A stretch of 64,000 nucleotides of DNA from Actinomycetes bacterium. GTDB taxonomy: Bacteria > Actinomycetota > Coriobacteriia > WRKU01 > WQUG01. The notes below the pieces were generated by a model. The model saw only the letters and a list, made by a program, of their open reading frames with translations. It was not told where the DNA came from and did no database searches. The position numbers and the translations under genes were made by a program. The stretch is from the NCBI GenBank assembly GCA_031272275.1, contig JAISUC010000003.1, positions 92,214 to 156,213 of the forward strand. Reading direction: 5' to 3'. Shown piece by piece: positions 54,901-64,000 of this stretch. Positions within the stretch are counted from its first letter, which is position 1. The number at the start of each line of letters is the position of its first letter.

Positions 54901-57834
54901 ATGAAACCGAAGAGCACCGCAGACCAGCTCGACCAGGTCGAGCAAGCCGAACTGACCGAATCTGACGCAATGCTCGAGCCGGATGTGTCTGTTACGGCGA
55001 ACGCGCCGGATACCCCGAACTCATCGGCCGATCAACTCGACGCAGGCAGGAACACCACAACGGTTCCGAGTACCCGCGATGCTGCTGTAGCGGACGCGCC
55101 GACGGAAAACTCCCCCGATTCCCCCTATAACATCGACGCGGAACAGTTGGCGCAAAGCCTAGGCGTGGATCCTGCGCGCGGATTGTCGCGTGACGAGGCC
55201 GCGCGCCGTCTGGCACAGTTCGGGCAGAACAAGCTGAACGAGGCGCCGCCGACCCCCAAATGGAAGATTTTCCTGAACCAGTACCGCGACTTTATGATTT
55301 ACGTGCTGTTCGGCGCGGTGCTGATTGCCGCCATCGAGGGCCAGGTCATCGAGGCCGCGGCCATTCTGGTCATCTTGTTGCTGAACGGCATCCTAGGCTT
55401 TGTGCAGGAATACCGCGCCGAACAGGCGCTGGAGGCGCTGAAACAAATGGCGGCACCGACCGCGGCCGTGCTGCGCGACGGGCGCGAACAACAAATCCCG
55501 ACGGCTGACATCGTGGTGGGCGACATCGTCTTGCTGGAAGCCGGAAACACCGTCCCCGCCGACGGCAGGTTGTTGCAGGTGGGCGCGTTGCGCACCGTGG
55601 AATCCGCCCTGACCGGCGAATCGGAAGCCGTCCGCAAACAGACCGAAGTACTGATAGGCGAACACACCGCGCTGGGCGACCAAAGCAACATGGTGTTCGG
55701 CGGCACGACCGCCAGCGCCGGCCGCGGGACCTTTGTGGTGACCGCAACCGGCCAGGCGACCGAAATGGGCAAAATCGCGACGCTGCTGGCAGACACCGAC
55801 GAGGGCGAAACGCCGCTGCAAATCGAACTGGACCGCGTCGGCAAACGTATCGGAATGGTGATTTTGATCATCGCCGCCATCGTGTTCATCGAGGAAATCG
55901 TGATAGCCGCCGCCGGCGAGACCGGCACGTTGGGCCAGATGCTGGCGCACCCGACATTCCGCGCGGCCATAACCGAGGGCCTGTTGGTCGCCATCGCGCT
56001 GGCCGTCGCCGCCATCCCCGAGGGGCTGCCCGCCGTGGTCACCGTCAGCTTGTCGCTGGGCGTGCGCCGCATGGCCGAACGCCACGCCATCATGAAACGC
56101 CTGCACGCAGTCGAAACGCTGGGCTCGACGACCTTCATATGCAGCGACAAAACCGGCACGCTGACCCTGAACCAGATGACGGTTCGGCGCATCCTGCTGG
56201 GCACGCAGGTGTTGACGGTCGACGGTTCGCAGGTGACGGCTGCGGATGGGGGGGAGTACGTCCCGGATCGCGATTTGACCGCACTGTTGTCTGTCGCTGC
56301 CGGCTGCAATGACGCCCACTATACCGCGGACGGTCAGCTGGTGGGCGACCCCACCGAAACGGCGCTGATCGCCTGCGTGCATGACTTGGCACCCGACCTG
56401 GAGCTACCCCCACGCGTGGCGGAAATCCCCTTTGATTCCGACCGCAAACGTATGTCGACCACGCACGCAGAGGACAGCGGCAAATATGTGACCTTTGTGA
56501 AAGGTGGGATGGATACCACGCTGCCGCTCTGTACGCATGCGCTGGTTGCCGGCACGATTGTGCCGCTGGATGATGCGCTGCGCCAGACGCTCAACGACGC
56601 CAACGCCGACTTTGCCGCGCAAGGTTTCCGGACGCTGGCGTTCGCCCTGCGCGAGCGCGATGCGCTGCCGGTCGATGACAGCGATATCGACGACATCGAG
56701 ACCGATCTGCTGTATCTGGGGATCATGGCCGAACAGGACCCCGCACGCCCAGAGGTACCCGCCGCCGTGCGCACCGCCCTGGATGCCGGCATCCAGGTTG
56801 CGATGGTGACCGGCGACCATGCCCTGACGGCACGTGCGATTGCAACCGAAATCGGTATCCTGCAGCCCGGACAGCAGGTCGTAACCGGTGCCGACATCGA
56901 GAATATGTCCGACGCGGAACTGGCAGCGGCAGCCCCCGACATCCGCGTCTATGCGCGGGTCAACCCTGAACACAAGATTCGCATCGTCAGCGCCCTGAAA
57001 TCGCGCGGGCATATCGTCGCGATGACCGGGGACGGCGTAAACGACGCGCCTGCTCTGAAACGGGCCGATATCGGGGTCGCCATGGGGGTTGTGGGAACCG
57101 ACGTCACGCGCGAGGCGGCCGATATGGTACTGGCGGACGATAACTTTTCGACCATCGTGGGCGCGGTCGAAGAGGGCCGCACGGTCTTTGCGAACCTGAA
57201 AAAAGTCATCCTGTTCCTGTTGTCCTGCAACATCAGCGAGGTGCTGATAGTTGCGCTGACCAGCTTTTTCAGTGCGGCGTCCGGTGCCACGCTGTTGCCG
57301 CTGCAGCTGTTGTGGATTAACCTGATTACCGACGGGATGCCCGCGCTGGCGCTGGGGGTCGACCCTTCAGAACACGACGTGATGGCACGCCGCCCACGGA
57401 ATGCCGGCAAGCCCATACTGACGCTGCCGCGCTGGACGCAGATTATCCTGCAGGGTGCTGTCTTGTCGGCAGCCGGCTTGCTGGTTGCGTACTGGTTGGG
57501 ACCTTTGACCGGCGCCGATGCGCCGGCGGTGCGCACAATGCTGTTTGCGTGTCTGGTGCTGTCCCAGCTGCTGCACACCTTTGCCTATCGCAGCGAAACC
57601 AAATCGGTCTTTTCGCGCGAGGTGTTTCGCAACAAATGGTTGATCGGGGCCGTGCTGTTAAGCTTTGCCCTGCAGTTCCTGGTGATTTACCTGCCGGGCC
57701 TGCGACATATCTTCAGCCTGAGCCCGCTGAACGGGGTCGAATGGGCGACAGTCGTTGCCGTGGCCTTCGTCAGCATGGTGGTCAACGACGGCATCGGCCT
57801 GATTATCGACCGCCTGCAACGGGGCAAGGAATAA
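54901..57834 (+). CDS. P-type cation-transporting ATPase (P2-type, Ca2+/Mg2+-like) with a ~85-aa low-complexity N-terminal extension
   Basis: Phosphorylation motif CSDKTGTLT, TGES, and hinge TGDGVNDAPAL. 977 aa, 10 TM. Confidence 0.9.
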   Translation: MKPKSTADQLDQVEQAELTESDAMLEPDVSVTANAPDTPNSSADQLDAGRNTTTVPSTRDAAVADAPTENSPDSPYNIDAEQLAQSLGVDPARGLSRDEAARRLAQFGQNKLNEAPPTPKWKIFLNQYRDFMIYVLFGAVLIAAIEGQVIEAAAILVILLLNGILGFVQEYRAEQALEALKQMAAPTAAVLRDGREQQIPTADIVVGDIVLLEAGNTVPADGRLLQVGALRTVESALTGESEAVRKQTEVLIGEHTALGDQSNMVFGGTTASAGRGTFVVTATGQATEMGKIATLLADTDEGETPLQIELDRVGKRIGMVILIIAAIVFIEEIVIAAAGETGTLGQMLAHPTFRAAITEGLLVAIALAVAAIPEGLPAVVTVSLSLGVRRMAERHAIMKRLHAVETLGSTTFICSDKTGTLTLNQMTVRRILLGTQVLTVDGSQVTAADGGEYVPDRDLTALLSVAAGCNDAHYTADGQLVGDPTETALIACVHDLAPDLELPPRVAEIPFDSDRKRMSTTHAEDSGKYVTFVKGGMDTTLPLCTHALVAGTIVPLDDALRQTLNDANADFAAQGFRTLAFALRERDALPVDDSDIDDIETDLLYLGIMAEQDPARPEVPAAVRTALDAGIQVAMVTGDHALTARAIATEIGILQPGQQVVTGADIENMSDAELAAAAPDIRVYARVNPEHKIRIVSALKSRGHIVAMTGDGVNDAPALKRADIGVAMGVVGTDVTREAADMVLADDNFSTIVGAVEEGRTVFANLKKVILFLLSCNISEVLIVALTSFFSAASGATLLPLQLLWINLITDGMPALALGVDPSEHDVMARRPRNAGKPILTLPRWTQIILQGAVLSAAGLLVAYWLGPLTGADAPAVRTMLFACLVLSQLLHTFAYRSETKSVFSREVFRNKWLIGAVLLSFALQFLVIYLPGLRHIFSLSPLNGVEWATVVAVAFVSMVVNDGIGLIIDRLQRGKE
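56248..56264 (-). repeat. 15-mer motif copy (complement orientation), intragenic in the P-type ATPase
   Basis: GGGGGGGAGTACGTCCC on the plus strand, read as G-G-E-Y-V-P in the gene frame, in the variable start of the nucleotide-binding domain. Confidence 0.9.
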
Positions 57835-57869
57835 CCCCGCGCCCGGCCGCGCACCGCACTCCGCGCACG

Positions 57870-60065
57870 TCAGTCCCGGTACTGGCGACCGGTGTCGAAA
57901 TACAGACCCGTGATGTGCTCGAATGTGGGCAACCGGAACGTCGACATCGCCAAATCGGGCGCCATCGCGTAAAACACGTCGTCGATGAACAGCGACCGAT
58001 AGGGACCGGGGACATCCGGGTCGGCAAAGGTCTCGGTCACCTGCACGAACCCGTCCTCGACCGAATACGAAAACACCAGACAACTTGCCTGACCCGGCAA
58101 GCAAATATAGCCCCGCTGGCGGTCCAGCACAATCGCGTGGTGGTCGACCAGCGCGTCCGACCAATACTCGCCCTTGATGCGCAACATCGCCTGTTCGCGC
58201 ACATCAGCGGGGTCGCTGACGTCATACATCGACAGCTTCAAATCGGCGATCTCGCCGGTCTCCGGGTCCGCGTCATACCCCAGCCCGAACAGCAGCCCAT
58301 CGTCCCACATCTGCAAATAATCCGAAAAGCCCGGCATCTTTAACTCACCCACCAGCCGCAGTTTAGCCGGGTCACTCAAATCCACCGCAAACAGCGGGTC
58401 GGTGTGCTCAAAGGTCACAAAATACACGTAATCGCCCACGAACCGGCAGGAATGGAACTCCTCTCCTTTGCCCAAGCCCCCCAGCTCGTCAATGGGCCGC
58501 ATGTCCTTATCAAAAGTAAACACGCTGGTCCGAATGTCCTCATCCCCGGTCCAATCGTGCAGCGTCGCCACCGCACGCAACACGCCATCGCGCTCGTCCA
58601 TCGAAAACCGGTCCAGCACGCTGCCCAGCACCGACACCGACTTGTCGACCGTCACAACTCCGCGGTCCAGCCGAATCCGCGTGATGCGCGTCCCGTCCAC
58701 CGTATCCCCGTGATAATCCTGATCCTCATAGGTCATCAGGTACAGATTCTCGGCCGACGAATAAAAATCGCTCCCGCCGCCCAAAATCGACGCCTGCGAC
58801 GCCAGCTCGGTCTGCCGCGCGCAATCAATCGCCGCCACCACGGCATACCGCGTGTCCTCGGCCTCTTTCATCACCGTAATCATATTCGGAGCCTGCAGGG
58901 TTTTCTTGTCATCATGCAGCACAAACGGAACAAAACCCTCGGGATGCGCCGGGTCCAACCGGCTGTAATCATATATTCCATAGTCACATACCAGATACAA
59001 AATCCGGTCGATCATTCGCGAGCTGACAAAGGTCCCCGACAGCGAATAATCGGTGATTTTCGCCGGTTTCGTCGGATCCGACACGTCAAAAATATCCACG
59101 GTCACAGACGGGGGAGTACGTCCCTCCGACTCGTCATTTCCCACGGCATCTTCGGAATCGCCACCGTATCCGTCATATATCACGTCATCGTACAGGGTGC
59201 CTGAGGCCGAAACCACGCCAGACCCGCGCAGCGCCACCAGCCGATTCCCGGTCACATACATCTCGAAATACCCTGCACCGTCGGCGCCCGGCAGCGCCAG
59301 CTGGGTTGCCTCCGCCCGTTCATCGCTCGTGGCGTCCGTCGCAACAGACATATTTTCGCTTTCTGCCGCATCCTCGTCGGCAGATGCGTTTTCGTCCAAA
59401 GGTTGCACATCGCCCTTGCTCATCTCATCGGGTTGCAGGCGCGCCACCACCGTCGGATGTCCGTCGTTTGCCGCCAGAATCGTCAACTGTGAATCCCCCA
59501 GCGCATAGATGTACTGCCCGTCGGTTGTGACGATGTCGCCTTCGGACACGCCGTCCACCTGGATGTTGGTCAGGGTATAGTTCGGGTCGGTTTGGGTCGC
59601 CAGTGCCGTGGCTCCGTTCCCACCGGCAGCAGCAGCGCCGACCTCGGCTCCGGCCGGGGCGGATGCCGCGGTACGCGGGTCCATGCGCGGCAGCGTGGAC
59701 GATTCTTCGCGTTCCTCGGCCCGTTTCGCCTTTTCGAACACCTCATAGATCTTGCCGTAATCACCGGGTGCGACGACCAGCTGGACCGAGCCCCCTGTAC
59801 CCAACAGGCGCACGGTCAGCGGACGCACAAAAACGACGACAATCGCCAGCACGACCACCACGGCGGTGAACACCGGCATAAAAATATTGATTTTCCTGCG
59901 GGTCGTGTGAATGTCGACCTCGCGATAGCGCGGCACCACGCGGCCCTCTTCGTCGGCAGCGGCTGCAGCGTCTGCCGCGGCTGCCGCCACGCGCAGCCGT
60001 TCCTGCAATTCATCCGATGGAACGTCAGCGCGCAATCCCGCGCGATAGGCGTCACGAAAGTTCAT
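57870..60065 (-). CDS. Membrane-anchored beta-propeller-domain protein (candidate anti-sigma / sensor partner of the adjacent ECF sigma)
   Basis: A short cytoplasmic N-terminus and one TM ([20 protein letters not shown]) precede a large extracytoplasmic domain. That domain includes [38 protein letters not shown], typical of the bacterial Beta_propel family. The ATG at 60065 overlaps the sigma gene stop by 14 nt. Confidence 0.75.
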   Translation of the reverse strand: MNFRDAYRAGLRADVPSDELQERLRVAAAAADAAAAADEEGRVVPRYREVDIHTTRRKINIFMPVFTAVVVVLAIVVVFVRPLTVRLLGTGGSVQLVVAPGDYGKIYEVFEKAKRAEEREESSTLPRMDPRTAASAPAGAEVGAAAAGGNGATALATQTDPNYTLTNIQVDGVSEGDIVTTDGQYIYALGDSQLTILAANDGHPTVVARLQPDEMSKGDVQPLDENASADEDAAESENMSVATDATSDERAEATQLALPGADGAGYFEMYVTGNRLVALRGSGVVSASGTLYDDVIYDGYGGDSEDAVGNDESEGRTPPSVTVDIFDVSDPTKPAKITDYSLSGTFVSSRMIDRILYLVCDYGIYDYSRLDPAHPEGFVPFVLHDDKKTLQAPNMITVMKEAEDTRYAVVAAIDCARQTELASQASILGGGSDFYSSAENLYLMTYEDQDYHGDTVDGTRITRIRLDRGVVTVDKSVSVLGSVLDRFSMDERDGVLRAVATLHDWTGDEDIRTSVFTFDKDMRPIDELGGLGKGEEFHSCRFVGDYVYFVTFEHTDPLFAVDLSDPAKLRLVGELKMPGFSDYLQMWDDGLLFGLGYDADPETGEIADLKLSMYDVSDPADVREQAMLRIKGEYWSDALVDHHAIVLDRQRGYICLPGQASCLVFSYSVEDGFVQVTETFADPDVPGPYRSLFIDDVFYAMAPDLAMSTFRLPTFEHITGLYFDTGRQYRD
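59110..59124 (-). repeat. 15-mer motif copy (complement orientation), intragenic in the beta-propeller gene
   Basis: GGGGGAGTACGTCCC on the plus strand. On the coding (minus) strand it is read as G-R-T-P-P, a third reading frame. Confidence 0.9.
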
Positions 60066-60684
60066 CTGCAAAATCCTTTCCCAGCGCAGCACGCAGTGCC
60101 GCACGTCCGCGGTGCAGATGAGAACGTATCGTCGACTTTCGCCAGCCGGTCAGCACGGCGATGCGCTCGATACTCAGGTCTTCGAAATAGAACAGGTGAA
60201 TGCACAGGCGTTGTTTGGGGGGCAGCTCGTTTACGGCGTCGCGCACGCGTGCCCCGTCGGCTGCGGCACAGGCAAGCTCTGCCGGGTCCGCGCCACTGAC
60301 CGCTGCTGTCACCGCCACGGTCGCTGCGGCATGTCCGCCGCCGCCCGCATCGAATGTCACAGCACCCAAACCGTGCCGGGCCGTCGCATGCGTCGGGACG
60401 TACTCCTCCGATTGTGCCGACATATCAACCGGCGTTTCGTGTCGACGCGACGCGCGCGTCCAATAGCTGCGGCAGCGATTGATCGTCGTGCGCAACAGCC
60501 AGGCCTTTGCGTGTTCGGCGTCGTTGAAATGCGGGTTTGCGGCAATCATGCGCAGGAACACATCCTGCGTAATGTCTTCTGCGTCAGCCACGCGTCCGCC
60601 GCTGGTAACCAATGCCAATCGATACACCATCGCATTATGTGCCTCGACCAAGCCGGCGAGGCTTACCTGTTCAGCTCCTTTCAT
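60052..60684 (-). CDS. ECF-type RNA polymerase sigma-70 factor with an unusually long region 2-4 linker
   Basis: Region 2 ([14 protein letters not shown]...[10 protein letters not shown]) and region 4 ([28 protein letters not shown]) are separated by a ~55-60-aa Ala/Gly-rich segment. Confidence 0.85.
   Translation of the reverse strand: MKGAEQVSLAGLVEAHNAMVYRLALVTSGGRVADAEDITQDVFLRMIAANPHFNDAEHAKAWLLRTTINRCRSYWTRASRRHETPVDMSAQSEEYVPTHATARHGLGAVTFDAGGGGHAAATVAVTAAVSGADPAELACAAADGARVRDAVNELPPKQRLCIHLFYFEDLSIERIAVLTGWRKSTIRSHLHRGRAALRAALGKDFADELS
60395..60409 (+). repeat. Motif variant GGGACGTACTCCTCC inside the ECF sigma linker
   Basis: 12-nt core is exact. On the coding (minus) strand it is read as E-E-Y-V-P. 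Confidence 0.85.
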
Positions 60685-60744
60685 CTGACCGTATCGTGTG
60701 TCTTATTAAGAACACCCGACAGGACGCTGAAAAGTTGCAGTGAA

Positions 60745-61101
60745 TCAGATAATTGCCGACGCCAGCCAGGCGCCGTGCAGGTTACAGTGGGCCAGAACCG
60801 TGATTTCGCAGCCGGGTTCCAGCAGTGCTGTGGCGGTCACGACCGGGGCCACGACCCCGCCGATTCCGGCGAACCGCGCAATCGGCACGCCGGCGGCACA
60901 GACCTCGATCAGGTCGAAAAAATGCCCGGCTTCGTTCGGGTGCGGCTCGTAATACCCCAGCGTGATGGTGATGTCCGTGGCTCCCTCTACCACATCGGAC
61001 GGACGGGTGCTGATGTGCGGTGTGTGTTTGCGCTCGAAAGGTCCTGCCGCGTCCAAATCCGCGACACGCGCAGGCGCGCTCAACTCCGGATATTCAGCCA
61101 T
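60745..61101 (-). CDS. Superoxide reductase (neelaredoxin / desulfoferrodoxin ferrous-iron-binding domain only)
   Basis: [16 protein letters not shown] and AHCNLHGAW supply the His4Cys iron ligands. GAGGAGG lies 8 nt upstream of the ATG at 61101. 118 aa. Confidence 0.8.
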   Translation of the reverse strand: MAEYPELSAPARVADLDAAGPFERKHTPHISTRPSDVVEGATDITITLGYYEPHPNEAGHFFDLIEVCAAGVPIARFAGIGGVVAPVVTATALLEPGCEITVLAHCNLHGAWLASAII

Positions 61102-61182
61102 GTTCAAAACCTCCTCAAAAGACGGGTGGTACACTTCATTCTAACACTGACGGATGCCGTTTCAGAAAGGTATAGGGACAAA

Positions 61183-62049
61183 ATGACGCAAATCATAGAC
61201 GGAAACGCGGTGGCCGCCGCAATCAAAGCATCAGTCGCCGACAGTTTGGGGGAGCGGGAGCTCTCCGGCCGTCGGGTGGGCCTGGCCGTCGTGTTGGTGG
61301 GCGACGATCCGGCTTCCGCCGCTTACGTCCGGATGAAGGCGCGCGATTGCCGCGAGGTGGGCATCGAACCGCACGATTACCTGCTGCCCGCAGACACCTC
61401 GCAGGCCGACCTGAACGCACTGATCGACCGCCTGAATGCAGACGACACCGTCCAGGGAATCCTGGTACAGTTGCCGCTGCCGGCGGGTCTGGACACCGAA
61501 CAGGTTGTGGCGCGTATCGCTCCTGCAAAGGACGTCGACGGCTTTCATCCCGAAAACTTAGGACGGCTGTTACGCGGCCTGGACGCGCCGCGCCCCTGTA
61601 CGCCCGCAGGCGTGATGTGCCTGCTGGACCGGGCGGGCGTACAGCTGTCGGGGGCACACGCGGTGGTCGTCGGCAGGTCGCTGATTGTGGGCAAGCCCAT
61701 GGCGCTGCTGCTGCTGGAACGCAACGCGACCGTGACCGTGTGTCATTCGCGCACGCGCGATCTGGCGGAGGTCTGCCGGCAGGCGGACGTGCTGGTGGCG
61801 GCGGTGGGACGACCCAAAATGATTGGCGCCGAACACGTGAAGCCCGGTGCGGTTGTCATCGATGTCGGTATCAATCGGGTGACCGGTGACGATGGGAAAT
61901 CCGTGCTGGTGGGCGATGTCGATTACGACGCGGTGGCTCCGTTGGCGACTGCCATCACGCCGGTTCCCGGAGGTGTCGGTCCGATGACCCGTGCGCTGCT
62001 GATGGCAAACACCCGCGACGCGGCGTTGCGTCAATGGGGCTTGCGCTGA
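61183..62049 (+). CDS. folD: Bifunctional methylenetetrahydrofolate dehydrogenase/cyclohydrolase
   Basis: [11 protein letters not shown]..., [20 protein letters not shown]. Only the last 288 codons of track ORF 60112..62049 are genuine. Confidence 0.92.
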   Translation: MTQIIDGNAVAAAIKASVADSLGERELSGRRVGLAVVLVGDDPASAAYVRMKARDCREVGIEPHDYLLPADTSQADLNALIDRLNADDTVQGILVQLPLPAGLDTEQVVARIAPAKDVDGFHPENLGRLLRGLDAPRPCTPAGVMCLLDRAGVQLSGAHAVVVGRSLIVGKPMALLLLERNATVTVCHSRTRDLAEVCRQADVLVAAVGRPKMIGAEHVKPGAVVIDVGINRVTGDDGKSVLVGDVDYDAVAPLATAITPVPGGVGPMTRALLMANTRDAALRQWGLR

Positions 62050-62601
62050 ATGAAGCTGGCCTTGCATACCTGTTGTGCGCCGTGTTTGATCGGGTGCATC
62101 GATTGGTTTCTGGGGTCGGACGGCACAACCGTGGACGGTGAACCGTTTGCGGTTGATGACGTAAGGTGCGTCTATTACAACCCGAATATAGGGCCGGCCG
62201 ACGAATACGCGCGTCGTCGCGACACCTTCGCGGATTACGCGATCGGACGCGGGCTGGATTGGGTGGAGTTGGAATACGAACCGGATGCGTGGTGGCGTGC
62301 CATCGGTGACGACCGGCGATTCGGCGTGCGCTGCGCGGGATGCTATCGTGTGCGCTTCGAACGCGTGGCCGACTGGGCGGCGGCAGCCGGCTACGACACC
62401 CTGGCGACCACGCTGGCGATATCGCCCTGGCAGAATCTGGATGCCATCAACGCCACCGGGCGCGCTGCCGCCGCCACGCGGGGCTTGCGTTGGCTGGCCT
62501 GCGACCTGCGTCCGCTGTATCGCGCCGGCCAGCAACGCGCGCGCGAAATGGGCATCTACCGCCAAAAGTACTGCGGCTGCGAACTCTCCCTGAACGAGTG
62601 A
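62050..62601 (+). CDS. queH: Epoxyqueuosine reductase QueH (DUF208)
   Basis: LHTCCAPC at the N-terminus, CAGCYRVRFE, and YCGC near the C-terminus. The start codon directly follows the folD stop. Confidence 0.8.
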   Translation: MKLALHTCCAPCLIGCIDWFLGSDGTTVDGEPFAVDDVRCVYYNPNIGPADEYARRRDTFADYAIGRGLDWVELEYEPDAWWRAIGDDRRFGVRCAGCYRVRFERVADWAAAAGYDTLATTLAISPWQNLDAINATGRAAAATRGLRWLACDLRPLYRAGQQRAREMGIYRQKYCGCELSLNE

Positions 62602-62789
62602 TGCTCTGCGTGCTGTATGCGCAATGGCTGTAACCGTTGAAACAACCTCAGGTATATCCACCCTCATTGCGAGCGCGCGGTAGCGCGCGCGGCAATGCAT
62701 GCGGCGACGTCAGTCGCCGGACAACAGGTCCCGTCACGCGGTTTTCGTGGCGGGGGCATTGTCCCCTGTGCGGGGCAGAACGTATCGTC

Positions 62790-62805
62790 GGGACGTACTC
62801 CCCCC
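62790..62805 (+). repeat. 15-mer motif copy GGGACGTACTCCCCCC, intergenic upstream of ychF
   Basis: Exact match. Its flank CGTATCGTC-motif-ATTGT resembles the flank of the 60395 copy. Confidence 0.9.
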
Positions 62806-62896
62806 ATTGTTTGTGCGCGTCCGCTATCATAGAACGGCAAGTCACCTGAACGGAAATGTACGGAACCGTCCCAACATATGAAAGGAGTGCCACAGT

Positions 62897-63961
62897 ATGG
62901 CACTGTCCATAGGAATCGTCGGGCTGCCCAACGTGGGCAAATCGACCCTGTTCACCGCTCTGACCAAAGCACAGGTCGAGGCCGCAAACTATCCCTTTGC
63001 GACCATCGAGCCAAATATCGGGGTGGTCGCCGTCCCGGATGCGCGACTGCAGGTGCTGGCCGACATGGTCAACCCTGCGCGCGTGATGCCCGCGACCGTC
63101 GAATTCGCCGACATCGCCGGTTTGGTCAAAGGCGCGCATGACGGCGCCGGTCTGGGCAACCAGTTTTTGGCGAACATCCGCGAAACCGACGCGATTGTCG
63201 AGGTCGTCCGCTATTTCAACGATGACAACATCATCCATGTCGACGGGCGGGTCGACCCGATTGATGACGCCGAAACCATCAAGCTCGAGCTGATTTTCGC
63301 AGACATCGCCACCATGGAAAAAGCGGTTGCGCGCTTGGAAAAAGAGGTCAAAAAGGACAAGAAACACGCCAGTGAGCTGGATCTGGCGCGTCGCGTATTG
63401 GCGCATCTGGAGGACGGTCACCGCGCACGCAGCCTGGATGTTTCCGCGGACGAAGCCCCGCTGATGAACGGCTTTCAGCTGCTGACGACCAAGCCGCTGC
63501 TGTATGTCGCTAACGTCGACGAGGACGGTCTGTCCGCAACGCCTGCCGCCATCGACGGCGTGACTCCGCTGCCCATTTGCGCCAAAGTCGAAAGCGAACT
63601 GGCGGAAATGGACGCAGAGGACGCCGCCGAATACCTGGCGGACCTGGGACAGAGCGAATCGGGACTGGCGCGTCTGGCACGCGAGGCCTATCGGCTGTTG
63701 GGCCTGCAGTCCTATTTCACCGCAGGCCCCAAAGAGGTCCGCGCATGGACCGTGCCCATCGGCGCCAAGGCCCCCCAAGCGGCCGGTGTCATCCACAGCG
63801 ACTTCGAGCGCGGTTTCATCAAGGCCGAGGTCGTGTCCTATGACGACTACGTCACGCTGGGCGGCGAAAAGGGCGCGCGCGACGCCGGGCGCCTGCGCCT
63901 GGAGGGCAAAGACTACGTGGTACAAGATGGCGATATAATGCACTTCAAGTTCAACGTATAG
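62897..63961 (+). CDS. ychF: Redox-regulated ribosome-binding ATPase YchF
   Basis: IGIVGLPNVGKSTLF, the C-terminal TGS-like domain and the final MHFKFNV. AAAGGAG RBS. Confidence 0.93.
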   Translation: MALSIGIVGLPNVGKSTLFTALTKAQVEAANYPFATIEPNIGVVAVPDARLQVLADMVNPARVMPATVEFADIAGLVKGAHDGAGLGNQFLANIRETDAIVEVVRYFNDDNIIHVDGRVDPIDDAETIKLELIFADIATMEKAVARLEKEVKKDKKHASELDLARRVLAHLEDGHRARSLDVSADEAPLMNGFQLLTTKPLLYVANVDEDGLSATPAAIDGVTPLPICAKVESELAEMDAEDAAEYLADLGQSESGLARLAREAYRLLGLQSYFTAGPKEVRAWTVPIGAKAPQAAGVIHSDFERGFIKAEVVSYDDYVTLGGEKGARDAGRLRLEGKDYVVQDGDIMHFKFNV

Positions 63962-64000
63962 TCGTAGAGTCGTACGGTCGAAAGGGGCGCGACGTAATGG

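Noticed and set aside
53609-56382. Long minus-strand ORFs (53609..54697, 55299..56309, 55393..56382, 56334..57012, 56949..57578) opposite purD and the P-type ATPase
   Set aside because: These are shadow frames in very GC-rich genes. The sense-strand products have complete purD and P-type ATPase motif sets.
60112-61182. N-terminal ~357 codons of the 645-aa track ORF 60112..62049
   Set aside because: This part runs antisense through the ECF sigma and superoxide reductase genes. Only the segment from the ATG at 61183 matches FolD.
61570-63943. 376-aa and 431-aa minus-strand ORFs opposite folD, queH and ychF
   Set aside because: They are antisense shadows of three confidently recognised housekeeping genes.

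Overview
High-GC bacterial chromosome segment. The gene content (rpsF-ssb-rpsR-rplI-dnaB, groES/groEL behind a CIRCE operator, superoxide reductase, many GTG/TTG starts) points to an anaerobic Actinomycetota, possibly Coriobacteriia; this taxon call is an inference. Core housekeeping genes flank both sides: an amino-acid ABC transporter, typA, groESL, pncB, ribosomal proteins, dnaB, purA/purD, folD, queH and ychF. The centre (about 18.7-47.3 kb) is a large, compositionally mosaic cell-wall glycopolymer locus of the teichoic-acid type. It holds a TagG/TagH-like exporter, five TagF-family glycerophosphotransferase domains, an IspD/TarI-like cytidylyltransferase plus SDR, TagD, a pyruvyl transferase and several GT2 enzymes. 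A visibly lower-GC operon in it makes a dTDP-4-amino-4,6-dideoxyhexose and also encodes a polyprenyl-phosphate GT2, a GT-C-like membrane protein and an O-antigen-ligase-like protein. The most interesting part is a 7-kb phosphonate (C-P bond) tailoring operon at 40.2-47.3 kb: NTase-PEP mutase fusion, phosphonopyruvate decarboxylase, NTase-Fe-ADH fusion, LicD-TagF fusion and TagD. A second signal is a strongly over-represented 15-nt motif, GGGACGTACTCCCCC. It occurs in both orientations, in intergenic DNA and inside genes in all reading frames, and it forms the arms of a ~135-bp composite repeat. Two direct copies of that repeat bracket a lower-GC three-gene cassette. I recognised no tRNA, rRNA, CRISPR array, transposase or integrase. 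Most long ORFs antisense to the called genes are high-GC shadow ORFs. All calls come from reading the sequence and translations by eye; no searches were run.
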